Positions 26,130-39,900 of a stretch of DNA of 64,000 nt are shown here, piece by piece. A program made the position numbers and the translations under genes. The DNA is taken from the NCBI RefSeq assembly GCF_009914755.1, contig NC_060939.1, one strand, 5' to 3'. The stretch's first letter is position 1. The number at the start of each line of letters is the position of its first letter. The notes beneath the pieces were generated by a model. That model saw only the letters and a program-made list of their open reading frames with translations, had not been told where the DNA came from and did not search any database. Source of the stretch: the human T2T-CHM13v2.0 reference genome, Homo sapiens.

Positions 26130-29100
26130 CACAGTTCTCAGCCCCTAAGCCACGCACAGTGGGCCCTTCTTAAGGCAGCAGGGTAGAGCAGAAAGGGTGT
26201 GGCCTGGGGGCTGGAACACCTAGCATCTCATCCTAGGTAGCACAACAGGTGACATTAATCATGTCACCTGGGGAATGAGTAAAGCAGGAGTTCCCAACAG
26301 GGTTCACAGGGAGGGAGGACTACAGAGGTCTGTGAGCCCCAAAACTGCACAAAACTGGCTATGATGATTCACATGCAGGAGGGGCTGGGCCCCCATCTCT
26401 AACACAGGGCCATGGCTTTCATCAGATTCCTCCAGGTGCCCCCAGCCCAAAGATCCAGAAGCACCAGGCAGGAACAGGGCAAGGCTCACCCCCAAAGGAA
26501 TGCAGACTCGCACGATATGCACCGAAGGCAAGAGAGAGTGCTGAGGGGAGGGACTAGTGCAAGTCATGTGGCCCCGGGTCCCAAGCCAAGATCCCTGTGT
26601 GAGTCCCTAGAAGTAGATGGCCAGAGAGGGGAGGGAGCTGTCCAAGGCAGGCAAGCTGTCTGGATAAGGGGTGAGCTCCCCATCGGGGAGGGCGAGAGCA
26701 CAGGCTGGATAGGCAGAGGTCAGAGTGAGTGAGCGACAACCCTGAGTCTCATTCTCAGACTCTTGGCCTCAGCTTCTCCATCTTACACCCGGGGCTAGAC
26801 AAGGTGGTTCACGTGAGTCTATCTGAGTGTGTGCAAGGATGTGCAGGGGTGTGGCTGGCCTGGCCCCGGCTCCAGGCTGGAGGGCTGAGAGGTCTGTGCA
26901 GTCTGCCCACCCAGCAGTGGCCTGAGGCCCACTTCTCTCGTCCTCCTGCTTCCCAGCTGCAGCAGGCTACTGGCTGCCTGGGCTGTCCCACACTGCTAAG
27001 TGAGCCTGCAGAGCCCCAGGTCCCTCCTGGGTACTGCGGTTACCACCTCCCACGTTATAGTGACCATAGAAATGACCGGAGTGAGAGGGTTCATTATGAG
27101 CCTGGGGCCAAGGGAGCCCAAGGGCTGGATGGGAGTGCTGAGAAGGGCTGGCAGCCAAGCCCAGGCCACATGGTCTCAGTGCCCACCCCCCCAACTGCTC
27201 CTGACCCCTCCAGGGGCCTCCCTCAGCCTGGCCTGGGTCACACAGGAAGTTGGTGGTATATTTGAGCCAGGATCCCAGGCCTTGCACCCTGGGCTGGGCT
27301 TACTCTGGGCACCAATGCACCTTGTCCCCCTTGGACAACTCTGTGCATGCCTCAGCATCCCCTAATCCTGCCAGAAAGAGATGGCCAGCATTGGGGTTCC
27401 AAAAGACTAATTCAAATGCAGGCCTGCGGTGTTCCCTGGATGCAGCCACCTGAGCCTCAGTTTCCTCCTCTCTAAAACAGAGTACAAAAATTGCCCTCCT
27501 ACTCCTGCTGGGAAGATTAATAAGGGCAGGGGTGCACCATATGACAGAACAGAACAGAGACCTTCCACCCACCCTCCATCTCTGGGCCTCAATTTCCCCA
27601 TCTCTAAGCAAGAGGGTTACTCTGAATGATACCCCAGGTCCCCAGAGTCTGATGCTTTGTGGGAGGCCTGCCCAGGTGCCCAGCCTATGCCTAGCTGGGC
27701 CTGCCGTGGAAGGACAAACTGCAGGGCAGAGACTGTGGCCTGCCCTCAGGGGGCTCTCTGCTAGTTGGCAGACGAGAGCTGTGGCTGTGGAGCAAGGGCA
27801 CTGTCTACTTAGCAAAACTGTGTGGAAGTGCCCATGGCAGGGCTTCCAAACTGGTGGTCTCGGTGCCTCTGTGTTGCCACAGTCTCTACCACCCCATATT
27901 GCATCACACCCAGCCAGCTCCATGCATTTCCTCCATGCATTTCCTGCCGGGCCCCTGTAGGCTCCAAGGGCCACAAGAAGCTTAAAAATGGGAACAAGTG
28001 TGAGCTGGGCATTGATCAAGGAAGGTTTCTTGAAGGAGACAGGACAAGAGGGCCAAGGACTCACAGGAGGCCTTGAATATCCAGATGAGGATCACACAGA
28101 CACCCAGAACCACTGATGGTCTTCCATGTACCCCCTCTCCTCAGGCAGGGATACCTGACCCCACCCGGGGCTGACCTCAGAGCTGTGACCCCGGCAGAGG
28201 GCTTTGGCGGGAGTGGGGAGCTAAGCTCGAGGTTCCCTCCACCTCTCCTCGGCAGCTATGGACTGTGAGTCCATCCCGGAGAAATCAGTCCTGGTTGGTG
28301 ATGTCCAGCAGCCGCCGAAGCCTCATTGCAAACAGCGATGCCACTGGTGAGTGCCACCTGACCACGGAGGGCTTCCCGGCAGATAAAGAGCAATGCTGGC
28401 CCCAGACTCATTCATATTCCAGTCTGGCTGCCGGCTTCAATATGGCTGAGAGACGCGAGGGCAGAGGCGGCCCTCCGAGAATGCCCAGTGATGATTCCTC
28501 TCCGATTCCAATTTATTTTCTATCATTAATGGTTTTGAAAAGCCCCACATTCTCTGCAAACAGGAAGAAGCACAGGGCTCAGGAGGAGAGGCGAGGAAGA
28601 GGGTCGAGGGCGGAGGGGTACTCGGCAGAAGTGGAGCAGGCAGCAGCCTGGGTTCAAATCCCCTCCCCAGCTCCACCTGCCTTCAGGTCCCTGGGGCGAG
28701 CTTGACCTACATCTGTCCACAGGGGATGGGCATCCTGTTCTGCCCACCCCAGGGGACTGTTTTCAGATCTACCTAGGGGTCAGAGGTGAGTGGGCTTTAC
28801 AAACTGTAAAGGGCTATACACTTGAGGAAAAGAGAATGAAGCAAACCCGACCATAGCAGCAGAGGCCTATGAACTGGACGCCTGCTTCCTCAGATACTCT
28901 AGGGGACCCCGACCCCCCAGTCCAGGGAAGAACTGGAGTGCCTCTCCCCACAGCACAGGCAGAGGAGGTGAGCGCCAGGATCTGGGTCTCCAGGCTTGTC
29001 TCAAATTCACACCACTATCCTCCCATCTCCCCCCAGGCCGTGGTGACCAGCCTCCCAGCCAGCATCTCTCCTGCCCCATCATCCACACTATGGAGCCAGA

Positions 29101-30859
29101 GGGATCTTCCCTGCATGAGTGTCCTGCTTGGAACCCTTCCAGGGCTCCCCGTTACCTTGAGATCAAGTCCAAACTCCCCACCTGCCATGCAAAGCTCTCC
29201 CTAGTAGCTCAGGCCCATCTGGGCAGCCTCGGCTCCAGCCACACCCAGCTTCTCAGAGGTCACCCTTCTCTGCCTTCGCATGCTGTTTCCTGTCTGGAAT
29301 TCCTTCCTCCTTGACCCAGTTCATCCCATCTCCTACCCCTTCTTCAAGGCGCAGTCCAAATGCTTCTCTTTCCTGCAGCCTTCCCCGAGTACCCCGGCAT
29401 GCCCTGCTCTGGGCTCCTCATACCCAGGACCCACCTGTAGTGCAACTCAGTAATGTAGTGATTATGTTTGTGTGGTGGTGCCCCCTCTAATCAGTGAGCT
29501 CTCCTGGGCAGGGGCTGCTTCGGATTCATCCTGTGCATTCCCAGTGCTTGGCAAAGTGCCTGGCTGCCAGTGGAGCTGTTTATCCAACTGGCCAACCTTA
29601 ATGGAACACCCATTATGTGTCAGGCTCTGTCCCGGGTGCAGCAGCCAGTCCTGGCCCTCAAGTTGCTTCAAACGGATGTGCTCAGGGAACCTCTAGGGAA
29701 TGAATGGATGGACATATAATCACTCTATAATGGGGAAACTGAGGCGCAAAGAGGCAAAAATGCCCTTTTCATGGGTGTTCCTGCCTCCCTGCACACGTCT
29801 CTTCTACTCCATTTCTCTCCCAGGACCACAGCAGCAGTGCAGAGAACTCAAAACGAAAGGTTAGAGTCAAAACAGGGGGAAAGAAAGGAAGAAGAAAATC
29901 TGGTGGATTTTCCCCTTTCCTCCATAATGTAAAGAAAATTGCTTTTGCCAACTATCACAGCTTAAAAGCAATTAGAGTTTTTGGAGGGGACTCTGGGCAC
30001 GAGCAGAAGCAACAGAGCGAGCGCCCGGCACGGAATTTTTCCAGCGTTCGTTTGTATCAAGCAAAAGAAAAAAGGCGTTAAGAGCAGCAACTTCCAGCAG
30101 CAGAGATGGTGAAGACAAAATATTTACAGTCTCTGAGGGAGGGGCCTGGAAGGGGCCAAGGACCTCCTCTGGTCCCCACCCAGCTCCACATTCTAGGAGG
30201 CAGGGAATGGGGTGGAAAAAATCAAAGATAAGGAGATGAGCCTTACCCATGCAGGCTTGGGTCAAGGGGGAGAGAAGCCCCCAGCTGCCCCCTGCTCGCT
30301 CACCCCTTCCCCACCACCCATGGCCCCCAGCCACCAGAGATCCATTCTGTAAACCTCAGACCTGGACACAATTCTCCCCTGTTCAAAATCCAGAGAACAT
30401 CCACCACTGCAGGCTGGCACTGGAGGCCTGCACAGCCCGGGCCCCTCTCCAGCCTCATCTGCAGATGCTCCCCAATGTGGCACACTGCCCTGACTGTCCT
30501 CTGAGAAGCCACGGTCAGTTTCGCCGCAAGGCCTTTGCCCAGATACAGGAGCATAAGGATGCATTCCTGTATTGGGGCAAAGGCCTTGAGAGGGAGGTGA
30601 GGCAGGTTTGAGGATCTGGATCCAGTGCAGGGAAGCTGAGCCAAGATCACACAGCCCTAGACCCGAATGCTGGCCTGCCAGCCAGGCCTCTGCTGCTGAA
30701 TCCCTCCTTCACCTGGACTTTTGCTGGACCCTTGACCTCCTCCCTCCAAATACAGAGCAGACACCTCTTCCTGAAACCACACTGCCTTCGTCCCAGCTGC
30801 AGCACAGACTCCCCTCTGTCTGGCACACAGACACAGCCTCCTGTAGAAGCAATGCTCCT

Positions 30860-31050
30860 ATGTTCAAATGCCAGCTCCTCCATTCATTAGCTGCGTGATC
30901 TCCACCAAGTCCCTCAATCTCTCTGAGCCTCAGTTTCCTCATCTGTTAAATGGGGATAGTAATAGTGCACAGCTCATGGGGTTGTTGTTAGGATTAAATG
31001 AGGTAATACAGGTAAAGCATCTGGCACTGTGCCCAACACTTAACAGGGGT
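30860..31050 (+). mobile_element. MIR SINE
   Basis: ctctctgagcctcagtttcctcatctgttaaatggggatagtaatagt...ggattaaatgaggtaata. Confidence 0.85.
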
Positions 31051-32418
31051 TCAGTGAACTCTCCTCTGCCCTATTTCACGCTCAACCCTCAGGTGTGACT
31101 CCCCAGGCCTCGGATGGCCCATATATGCGCACTCAGGCTCCCACTCCACATGCAGTCACCCAACAAATGCTCACTTGGAAGGCACGTGCCGGCTAGGAGC
31201 AAAGGGCACTGGAGGCTCTAATGAGCCTTGCACACACATGGAGGCCCAATCCCTGAGCACAGGGCCAGGATCCTCCCATTTTGCTTGGCTTAGGAAGGAT
31301 TCCTCCAAGAACGCTGGTAAGCCTCAGCCAGAGCCCTTAGAATCTGCCAGGCCAGGTGGAGGAGGTGAATGGAGGTTCAGCCTCCCAGGGGGATGAGGAG
31401 CATGCCTCCCCTCCAGCCCGAGGCCTGCAGGTCAGCTCTCAGCCATCCTCCCAGCCCTACTGGACAAAGGCAAGCACCAAAACCCAGCAGGTAGTGATGA
31501 GGATGAGAGCAGAAACCAGGCCTCAAAGGCAGCGGGATCCGGGGAAGCCAGGCAGTCCTGAACTCAAATCTCACCCCCACCCCTAACCAGGCGGGTGACC
31601 ACCCTGAACCTCAGTTTCCTCATTTGTAAAATGGAGTCGATAATGCCCACCTTGCAGAACAGCTGTGCACACAAATGAGGGTAACGTTCTTCCAGGTCCC
31701 TCTGGGATCTAGCATATAGTCACTGTGGGAACACACAGAGGCTATGCCCCGCCCCGACCCGATTCCTGGACTATAAGCATGGTGCCCTCCCCCAACCCCC
31801 ACAGCACTGGGAGAGCAGAGGGAAGGCCTGGTGGGCTGAGGGGACACCAAGGACCCGTGCTGTTTCCTGTGACCCTTCCAGTCTACTTCCTGCCTGGCAG
31901 GGGGGTGAAGGACCAACCTACAGCCAGCCATGACCTGTCCTCCCCACCTGGCTCTCAGAGCAGAGGACGCCCAGCCCCTGCCTCGTTTTGCCAGGGAAGA
32001 AACATTTGCCCAGGAGAGGTGGCAACATGCCCCTGTCTCACAGCTCCCATTGAGCCACTCGTCCGAGGTGAGGTGGCTTCCTCTCCTTCCCCAACCGCAG
32101 AGAACAGACAGGCTTGCTGTGGGTCTGGTGGCGCTGCAGGGCTGGAGAGCAGGGATCAGGAGGTGTCCTGATGTCTCTGCCTTTCACTCCCACTCTGGCT
32201 GCCTTTCTCCCAGTGGCCTCTCCCACCCTCCTCCCCCAATGACCTCAAGAATAAGCCCAACAGTAAGCCTGGCACTAATCAGGGCACTCCTCCTTGCTGT
32301 GGGGGCTCACTATGGACAGGAGACCAGTCTCAGCCCCAGATGGCTGAGCCTCAGGACACTCCACTGAGGCCTCCTCCCTAACCTGCACAGCTCTTCTCCT
32401 CTCGGGTAAGTAACTAGG

Positions 32419-32429
32419 CACACACACAA

Positions 32430-32464
<35 letters not shown>

Positions 32465-32584
32465 TACACATGCACACACTCACACACACATACACAAGCA
32501 CACACACACGGGTAACTAGGCTCACACACACACATACACATGCACACACACACACATGCACACACACACACACACACACACACA
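32419..32584. repeat. Compound (CA)n microsatellite in two blocks
   Basis: Two CA-rich arrays separated by gggtaactaggc (32510-32521). Confidence 0.95.
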
Positions 32585-33974
32585 GAGGAATCTAGGAAGG
32601 AGAGGGAGAGGGACAGCGAGGAGGGCAGACTCTAATAGGGGAATCCTAGGCCCATCCCCCAGGATGACTGGCAGCCCTTCCGCAGCTGATCCAGCCTCCC
32701 GGCTCTGTACCCAGGGGAGCACTAGTGGGTCCTGAATGACAAGCCCATGTGGCCTGGAAGCAGAGGATCCTGGGACTGAGAAGCCAGATGCCTGACTTAT
32801 TGCCAAGGCTCTGCAGTGCTTCACCATGAGACACAAGACAGAACTGGCCACTCCCTGTGCCTCAGTTTCCTATCTGGAACCTAGAGGAGGAATGAGATCA
32901 TCTCTAAGTACGCCTTCTAGTTCCAGCATTCTGTGACTCCATACCTGTGACCTCTGGGACCCCTCAGGGAGTCCAAGCATCGGAGAGTACTGGGGGAGGA
33001 ATCACCCTAACCCCAAGGAGGCGGGGAAGCCCAGGGAGACCTGTAGCTACCTTGGGCTGGCAGAGGGCACTCATTCTGCCACAGCCTCCCAGGGAGGAGT
33101 CCAGGCTCGGGCAGGAGGCCGGAAGACAAAGGAGAGCTCCTCAGTAGGGCTTCAGGCAGCCCGAGGCCCTCCCGGATGTCCACATATCCCCCAGAAGCTC
33201 ACCCCCTTGAGTTTCACTTCCGATCTGTTCCGAGGTTACAGAGTCTTTGGTCCAGCCCAGATCTCAGGTGCAGCCCCAAGCCCCCAACACCCCCCCACCC
33301 CAATTCCCACAGCTGTCCAGACCCGATCCCAACCCCTCCTGCCAGGCCAGCCTTCCCACCACCTTCCCGGTTGCTCCCACAGGGTGGCCGGTGGGGGCAG
33401 CCCAGCTGCTTGTGCCAACAGAGGCTCCCCTGGCCCTGCATGGCCCAAGCCTGATAACATTCTCCTAAATTAAACAATAAACAAGAAGTTGTTTTAGATT
33501 TTCCTGACGCTGCAGTTCCTGATTAATCCTCACAGCAAACAAGAGAGATAATTAACCTAAAAGAGGGTCACTTCCTGTTTCCAGGTGGACCCTCCAGCCT
33601 AAGCCAGAGGAACCTGTTCAGAGGGGTCCAGCTCCAGACCACCTCTCCCCTCCCCTGCCTCTCCTGTGTCTGCCCAATCCTGGGCTACATCCGCAGCCTG
33701 CCTCCTAGATCCCACCTAAGCAAGTTGGGAGCAGGCACTCCAGCCTGGGGTTTTCCTGGCTGTGCCTGTGGCTTGCTGGGCAGGGGTGGGTGGGGTGGCC
33801 GGGGCCTCAGGGCCTTTGCAGAGGACCCTCCCCTTCACTGCTATGTGACCTTGGACAGGCCAAGTCACTTCAGAGGCCTCAGTCCGCTCACCTATCAGAT
33901 TCTTTATCTCCCAAGGATAAAATGAAAAAAATTTGAGACCACTTAAGATTAGGCAGAAATATTTTATCTTATTT

Positions 33975-34182
33975 TTTAGAGATGGATGCTGAAATGTTTA
34001 GGGGTGAAAAGGCTTGATGTCTATAATTTAAAATACTCTGGAAAAAACAGATAAAGCAAAATGTGGGAAAATGTCAACAATTGTTAAATCTAGATGAAGG
34101 GTATACGGAGTTCCCTGTACTATTCTCTCTACTTTTTCGTATGTCTGAAAATGTTCCCAACAAAATTAAAAAAAAAAAAAAA
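33975..34182 (+). mobile_element. Old L1 3' terminal fragment with poly-A
   Basis: ctgaaatgtttaggggtgaa...gggtatacggagttccctgtactattctctctactttt...aaattaaaaaaaaaaaa. Confidence 0.7.
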
Positions 34183-36459
34183 GCACAGTCACGTGAGCCA
34201 GGCAGGAGCCCCACACACAATGCCTGGTGCTCCTGGTATGCCTGAAAGGCAACTGGGTCTCTGAAGTAGGTTAAACATCCCCCTGCCATCTCCTTTATGT
34301 TGTTTCCCTAGAAATCGCTTTTCACAAATTCCACTGAGCCCTAGCTGCACATTTAAAAGCCTTAACACATTCAGAAGCCAGACGCTGCCCTTTATTGAGG
34401 TGACTGCTGTCTTGTGACCACACCTCCCCCACCCACCAGGCTCCCCATGCCCTCTGCAGAGCAGCCCAGGGCTGGGGGTCCTGATACTGATTCCATCCTC
34501 ATGCGGCCACCATCCTCTTGGAGCCTCAGAATACCCCTACCGGTGGAGCAGAAATGATGACGAGTCAGTAACTGCCCGGGCATCTCATTCAAAGGCAAAG
34601 TGTCACCGGACAAAGAGACTGAAATCTCCACTTAACAGATGGGAAAGCTGAGGCCCAGGGCCAGAAGAGACTGGAAGCAAAATAAGGAAGGTGGAGAATA
34701 GAGGGTGGAGGAGGTGGGCAAAAGCTCCCCAGCTGCTCCAACTCCCCCTCCTCCCCAGCCCTCTAGCCCCACCCTGGCGGTGTGGGTCACAGACAGGGGG
34801 GCTTGCGTCTCTTTCTCTGCCTCCTGTTTATTGAGCTTCCTGGTCAGAAATAAATGGCCATGATTGCAATCTCCCAGCCAGGCCCAGCTGACCCTCGCCA
34901 ACAATGGCCAGGCTCGCCTCCGTGGATCAATAATGGAGATTTATCAGTACCCCAAATGATCAATCACTAATTGCTGAGTGCCGTGCAATTCATCGGGGAG
35001 AGTTATGTATGGCTAGTGACTGGGTGGCCCCGCCCCATCCTGGCACAGCCATCAGGGACAGGGAGGGCCGTATCTATGATGAGCGTCTCAGGAGCAAAGC
35101 AACCCATAACTCGGGAGCTTCTCAAACAGATGTTTTGGGCCTAGCCCAAATCCCCAGGCCTAAGGGACTACCCAAGGAGGAGGTGTCAGTGGCCACAGAG
35201 GCCCCAAGGGAGGCACTGCATGACCCGGATCAGCCTAGTTGGCCCCCAGGCACGCCCAAGGAACACAAGATGGATAAGCCCAGTCCCTGCCACCAAGGTG
35301 CTCCCAAGTCAAAACAAAGACAAACCGCCCCCAGGCCTTGCATATAGTGGGTACACAGTAAATAATAAATGTTCCCTAAATGTAAAGCTGATACACTGCT
35401 CTCAGAGTTCTGAGGAAGGATGGGCTGCTTCCAGGAGGGGTGGCCAATAGAAGGTTTTCTTTTTAATGAGGCATTTGGGCTAAGCCTTAAAAAGTGGGTG
35501 GGATCTCCACGGACAGGGATGGGGGAGAACTCTCAGGTGGAAGGACCATGGAGGAGGACAGCGACAGCCCATCTGATTGGCTGGAGTCTGGGGACACAGA
35601 GAGGTGCTTAGGAGAGAGGGCTGGGGTGGGACATAGGCTTGGGCAAGGTGCCGAGGGGTCAGAACGCCAGCCTGGAGGTAACAGGGAGTGCTGGGAGGGT
35701 GTTGGGTGAGAGCGTGACAGCCAGCCTGGGCTTGGGAAGGTCTGTCCATGGTTTCCACCAGGCTGCATGCCCCAAGAGGGCAGAGGCTGGTCCTACTCAT
35801 CTCTGTCCCTATAGCACCCAGAACAGCCAGGCCCAGAGGAGGCGCCCAAACAGTGATACGTTGAATGATCATAGATCATCAAATTGCAGGACAGGGGAGT
35901 CCTGGAATTACAGCCGTGAAATAGCATGTTTTTATAATGCCCTGCCATGTAGAAAAATACGTATTAGAGCCTCAAAAATAGCCTTGTAAGGCAGGCAGGG
36001 AGATCATTTTGTCCCGTGTCCAAAGGGGAAAGCCGAGGCTCAAAGAAGACAGTGATCTGTCTAAGGTTATACACCTTACACAAAGAAAGGGCCAGGGCCC
36101 AGCGCCCTCCCCACCCTGCCCCAGAAGGCTCAGGCCTGCTCGCCTTAGCATGGCCAGGGTTGCCTGGGAGGTGAAGGTCCATCCCTCACTCGTCCCTGGG
36201 CTCTCCTGCCCCCTAGGAAGCCCCCCCAATCTCAGCCCCTCCCTGTGCTGGGGCAGATGAGAAATACAGCAGATGCTGCCTCATTGAGCATCCCTCATTC
36301 CAGCCCCAGCTGAGACTGGCTACCAGTCCATGACAGCCTGTCCTTGTACCTATAATGGAAACAGGGCCAAGAAGGGAGTCTCTAGAACCCCCAAGTTGGT
36401 CTAGACAGAAGACAAAGCCACTCCTCCCCCAGTCTCCACCCCAGAAGTTTGGAAAGCCT

Positions 36460-36980
36460 CACTGTGGAGCAAGAACACTGGACCAGGAGTCCAGAGACAG
36501 GGTCAAGCCTAACTCACTGTGTGGCTTCTGGAGACCCACTTCCCACCGTGCCCTCAGTTTTCTCATCTGTGAAACGGAACAATGTTGTCTGCCTACTTTA
36601 TTGGAACTACCATGAGGACTAAACAAAAGAAGGAGTATAAAAACACAAAATTATAAAGCAGATTTTGCCTTGGAAAATAATAATAATAAGGCTCCTCTTT
36701 ACTTCTACCTGGACATTGAAACTCCAACCTGACCCACTTCCCTTTCCTGCAGAGGGCAAAACATCAGCTAACATTTACTGAGATCCTACAATGCCTCTGG
36801 CTAGTGGCTGCTTTACATGCATTATTTCCAAGTGGGCTACGGTAGACATCATCCCCGCATGACACCCATGAGGAAAGTGAGGCTCAGTAAAGTGACTTGT
36901 CCAAGCTCACCCAGCTTGAAGCAGCTGAGCCAAGATTCAAACCCATTTCCATCTGGCATCCAAGCCCAGGCCCTTTGGAT
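36460..36980. mobile_element. Two MIR elements in opposite orientation (~36460-36630 +, ~36765-36980 -)
   Basis: cctcagttttctcatctgtgaaacgg; atgaggaaagtgaggctcagtaaagtgacttgtccaag. Confidence 0.7.
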
Positions 36981-39900
36981 TCACCAGACTGATTCGAGGA
37001 GCCACTCCATACCCCAAAGTCTCAGAGTTTCAGAATCAGCGCCTAGGGTTTGGGGATATGTCACATACACACACACTCCACTGAGGCCAGTGACCCTGAC
37101 ATCAGAGGCACTGTGCCACCCCATGGTAAGGCCATCAGAGCTGGGTGGGGCATGTGAGGAGGGTGGCTGGCACAGCTGGCCTTGAGCTAACTGGATCAGT
37201 CCTGGGCATGGAGCTGCCTATCCGGCTGCCCTGGCAGATGGGTGCTGGAACTGGGCCACCTGCCAAGGCCCAGTCTCCATGTCCAAACCAACCTGGACAC
37301 CGAAGTTCCACTTTAGCCTCCTCTCGCCCTGACCCTGGTGGCTAGCAGTGCCCACATAGATCCAGAAGACCATGGTGGCAGCTGCTATCCCTCCTCCAGC
37401 GGCTGGCACCTCCCCTGATGTGGCCATATGGCCCCATATGCTCTCCGACAGCTGGAGTGCTGAAACAACTGCCTAAGGACGTCCTCTGCAGAGGCCCTGA
37501 GGCCCCGGCCACCCCACCCACCCCTGCCCAGCAAGCACAGGCACGGCCAGAAAAACCCAAGACTGCAGTGCCCACTCCCAACTTGCTTAGTGACCTTGTG
37601 CTAGCCACTGCCCCGCTCTAGGCCTCAAGCTCTTCCTCTATCAAACAGCAATGCCAAACAGCCCTCTACCCCTTTTCCTTCATAGCCCTCCTCCGAGGTT
37701 ACAAAATCCCACTCAAACTCACTCCAGTTATCCACGGAGACAAACAAATGTGTTCACTTTACAGACACAGAAACTGAGGCAGACCCATGGGCCTCAGCGG
37801 CTTACTGAAGTGCACACAGTGGCAAGGCCAGTATTGGAGGCTGCATCTATGACTTCAGGACACTTGCCACCTCTGTATGCCCAGGTGGTAGGACTGGTGA
37901 ATCCTGAGCCCTCGCCGAACTCTGACGACCTAGATCACCCCACCCAGGTCTTCCCAGCACCTGGACAACCCCACCCAAGACCACCAGAGACGTGGTTTAT
38001 ATCGCACATCTAATTGTGTTCCTCCAGAACTTCAACGCTGCAAGCCCTGAATTCAGAATCAGCCCACACTCCTCAGATGGGCACTGAGGATCCTCTTCTG
38101 TCTGGTGCCAACCTTCTCCATGCCCCCATGTGAACTACTCCACTGCAAACACGTTCTACCCTTGCCCAGCGCTTCCCACCTCCATGCCTTTGCCAGCGCC
38201 GTGCCATCTTCCTAGAAAGCCCCCACTCACGTTCGCATTCTCCATTCACTCATTTAGTCAACAATTATTTACTGAGCATAGATCAAGTGCCGGAAAATCT
38301 CAGCAGGTCAAGGCCCCGCCAGTCCCCTCCTTCTGAAACAGCCCCTTGCCACTCCCCCACTGAGCCTCTTGGTTACCCAGCCGGCTTCACTAATACTCAG
38401 AGGTATGGGTCCAAATCTGTTTCCCCTTTGAGAGCCCATCCGGGGAGGGGCCCAGGCTCATCACTGGTATCCCCAGCACTCAGTCCAGGTCTCAAGCCAG
38501 AAGATACCTCCAAATGTGAAGCGAGGCTCCAGGCCATGGAGAGTAACAGCCAAGGTGTGGTTCCTGGGAACAGGGGTCTGGGCCCCAGAAGCCCACGGAA
38601 GAAACTCTGAGACTGGTCAGGGTAGCCCTCAGCCCCCACAAAGCTATGCCTGAGAGGTCAGGGGCAGCTTTTCCACCTTGAGCCACCCCAAGGCCCAGCC
38701 CACTCAATAAATTCTTATCACTGGGTTTGTTAGAATATCTTTACAATTTAAAACACAAATATAGCAGGGTCAGGTCTTGCCTGGGGAGGGAAATTAAGGG
38801 GGTCACACTGGGCACTGCTCCCTCCCAGTCAGGAGGCTGGGGTGAGGAAGTGGCTGTTTTCCTAAAGGGAGCAGCCAGTAGGGGTGGGGAGCCCCTGGCT
38901 GGAATTTTCATCCCCGGCAGAATAGACCAGGGGCCAAATAAGTGCCCCTGGTCTCCCCCTCACCATGGCTTGGGACCCCAAATGAAGGGTTCATTTTGTG
39001 GAGTTGGTTGGGGTGGGAGTGGAGGTACCAGAAGAACCGGGGCAGGGGTTCAAGCAGGCATGGATGATAGGGGTGGAACCAAGCTAGGCGTCTTGCCATG
39101 CTCCAGCCACCTGGATGTCAACCAGAGCTTTGGTCAACACTCAGGAGGCAAAAGTCTGGAGCTTAGGGAGCCACAGGTGAAGAGGAAGAGGAGCTGAGAG
39201 AGAGAGAAGAAAAAAACAATGGCAAAGAAAGGCCATGATCAGCCAGAGCCAACAAGGGAGGAGCAGGAGAGGCAGAGAGAGGCCGCCCGGGAAGGGGAAG
39301 CCAGCAAAGGCTGAGGAGGCCACCGCCAGGATCCAGCAGGCCCAGCCCCACCCCCAGTGGTAACTCCCGGGCAACAGCTCTTACCCCGAAGGCCCTGGGG
39401 ATGACTCCAGGCTGCCAGCAGGACTGAGGGAAGTCACAGAAGCCTGCCTGGGGCTGACAGCTCTGACCTCCTGTTCTTCAGGTGGGCCACCTGGGGAGGA
39501 AGTGGCCACAATAGCCACCAGAGTCCCCTCCAATTCCCCCAGTGCACATTTAGATCTCCACGGGGCATCTTTGGCCCACAGAGGGGCTCTAGGATGGAGA
39601 GGGTAGGAAGGCTTTTGGGGCCCAAACACAAGGACAATGCCAGGACCCAGCATAGAGTGCCAGGTTGGGCGGGAGTGATTCGGATCCCTGGGATGGTAGT
39701 GAACTCCCAGAGCTGTGCAGAGGATGACAGGAGCCGGGCTTCCAAACCATCAAGCAAAGCACTGACAGCCTCTGGCCCCAAATCCAGGAAGCACATATTT
39801 AACCAAGCTAGGGTCAAAAGGTCCCACAGGTCAGGAGCTTTTGTTCAACTGCCTCCAGCTGAGAACAGCCGCCAGCCCAGTAAACGTGCCACACGCAGCA

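Noticed and set aside
27300-28064. 254-aa minus-strand ORF (and the 240-aa ORF at 44585-45307)
   Set aside because: No domain similarity or coding-like composition; such lengths can occur by chance at this GC content.
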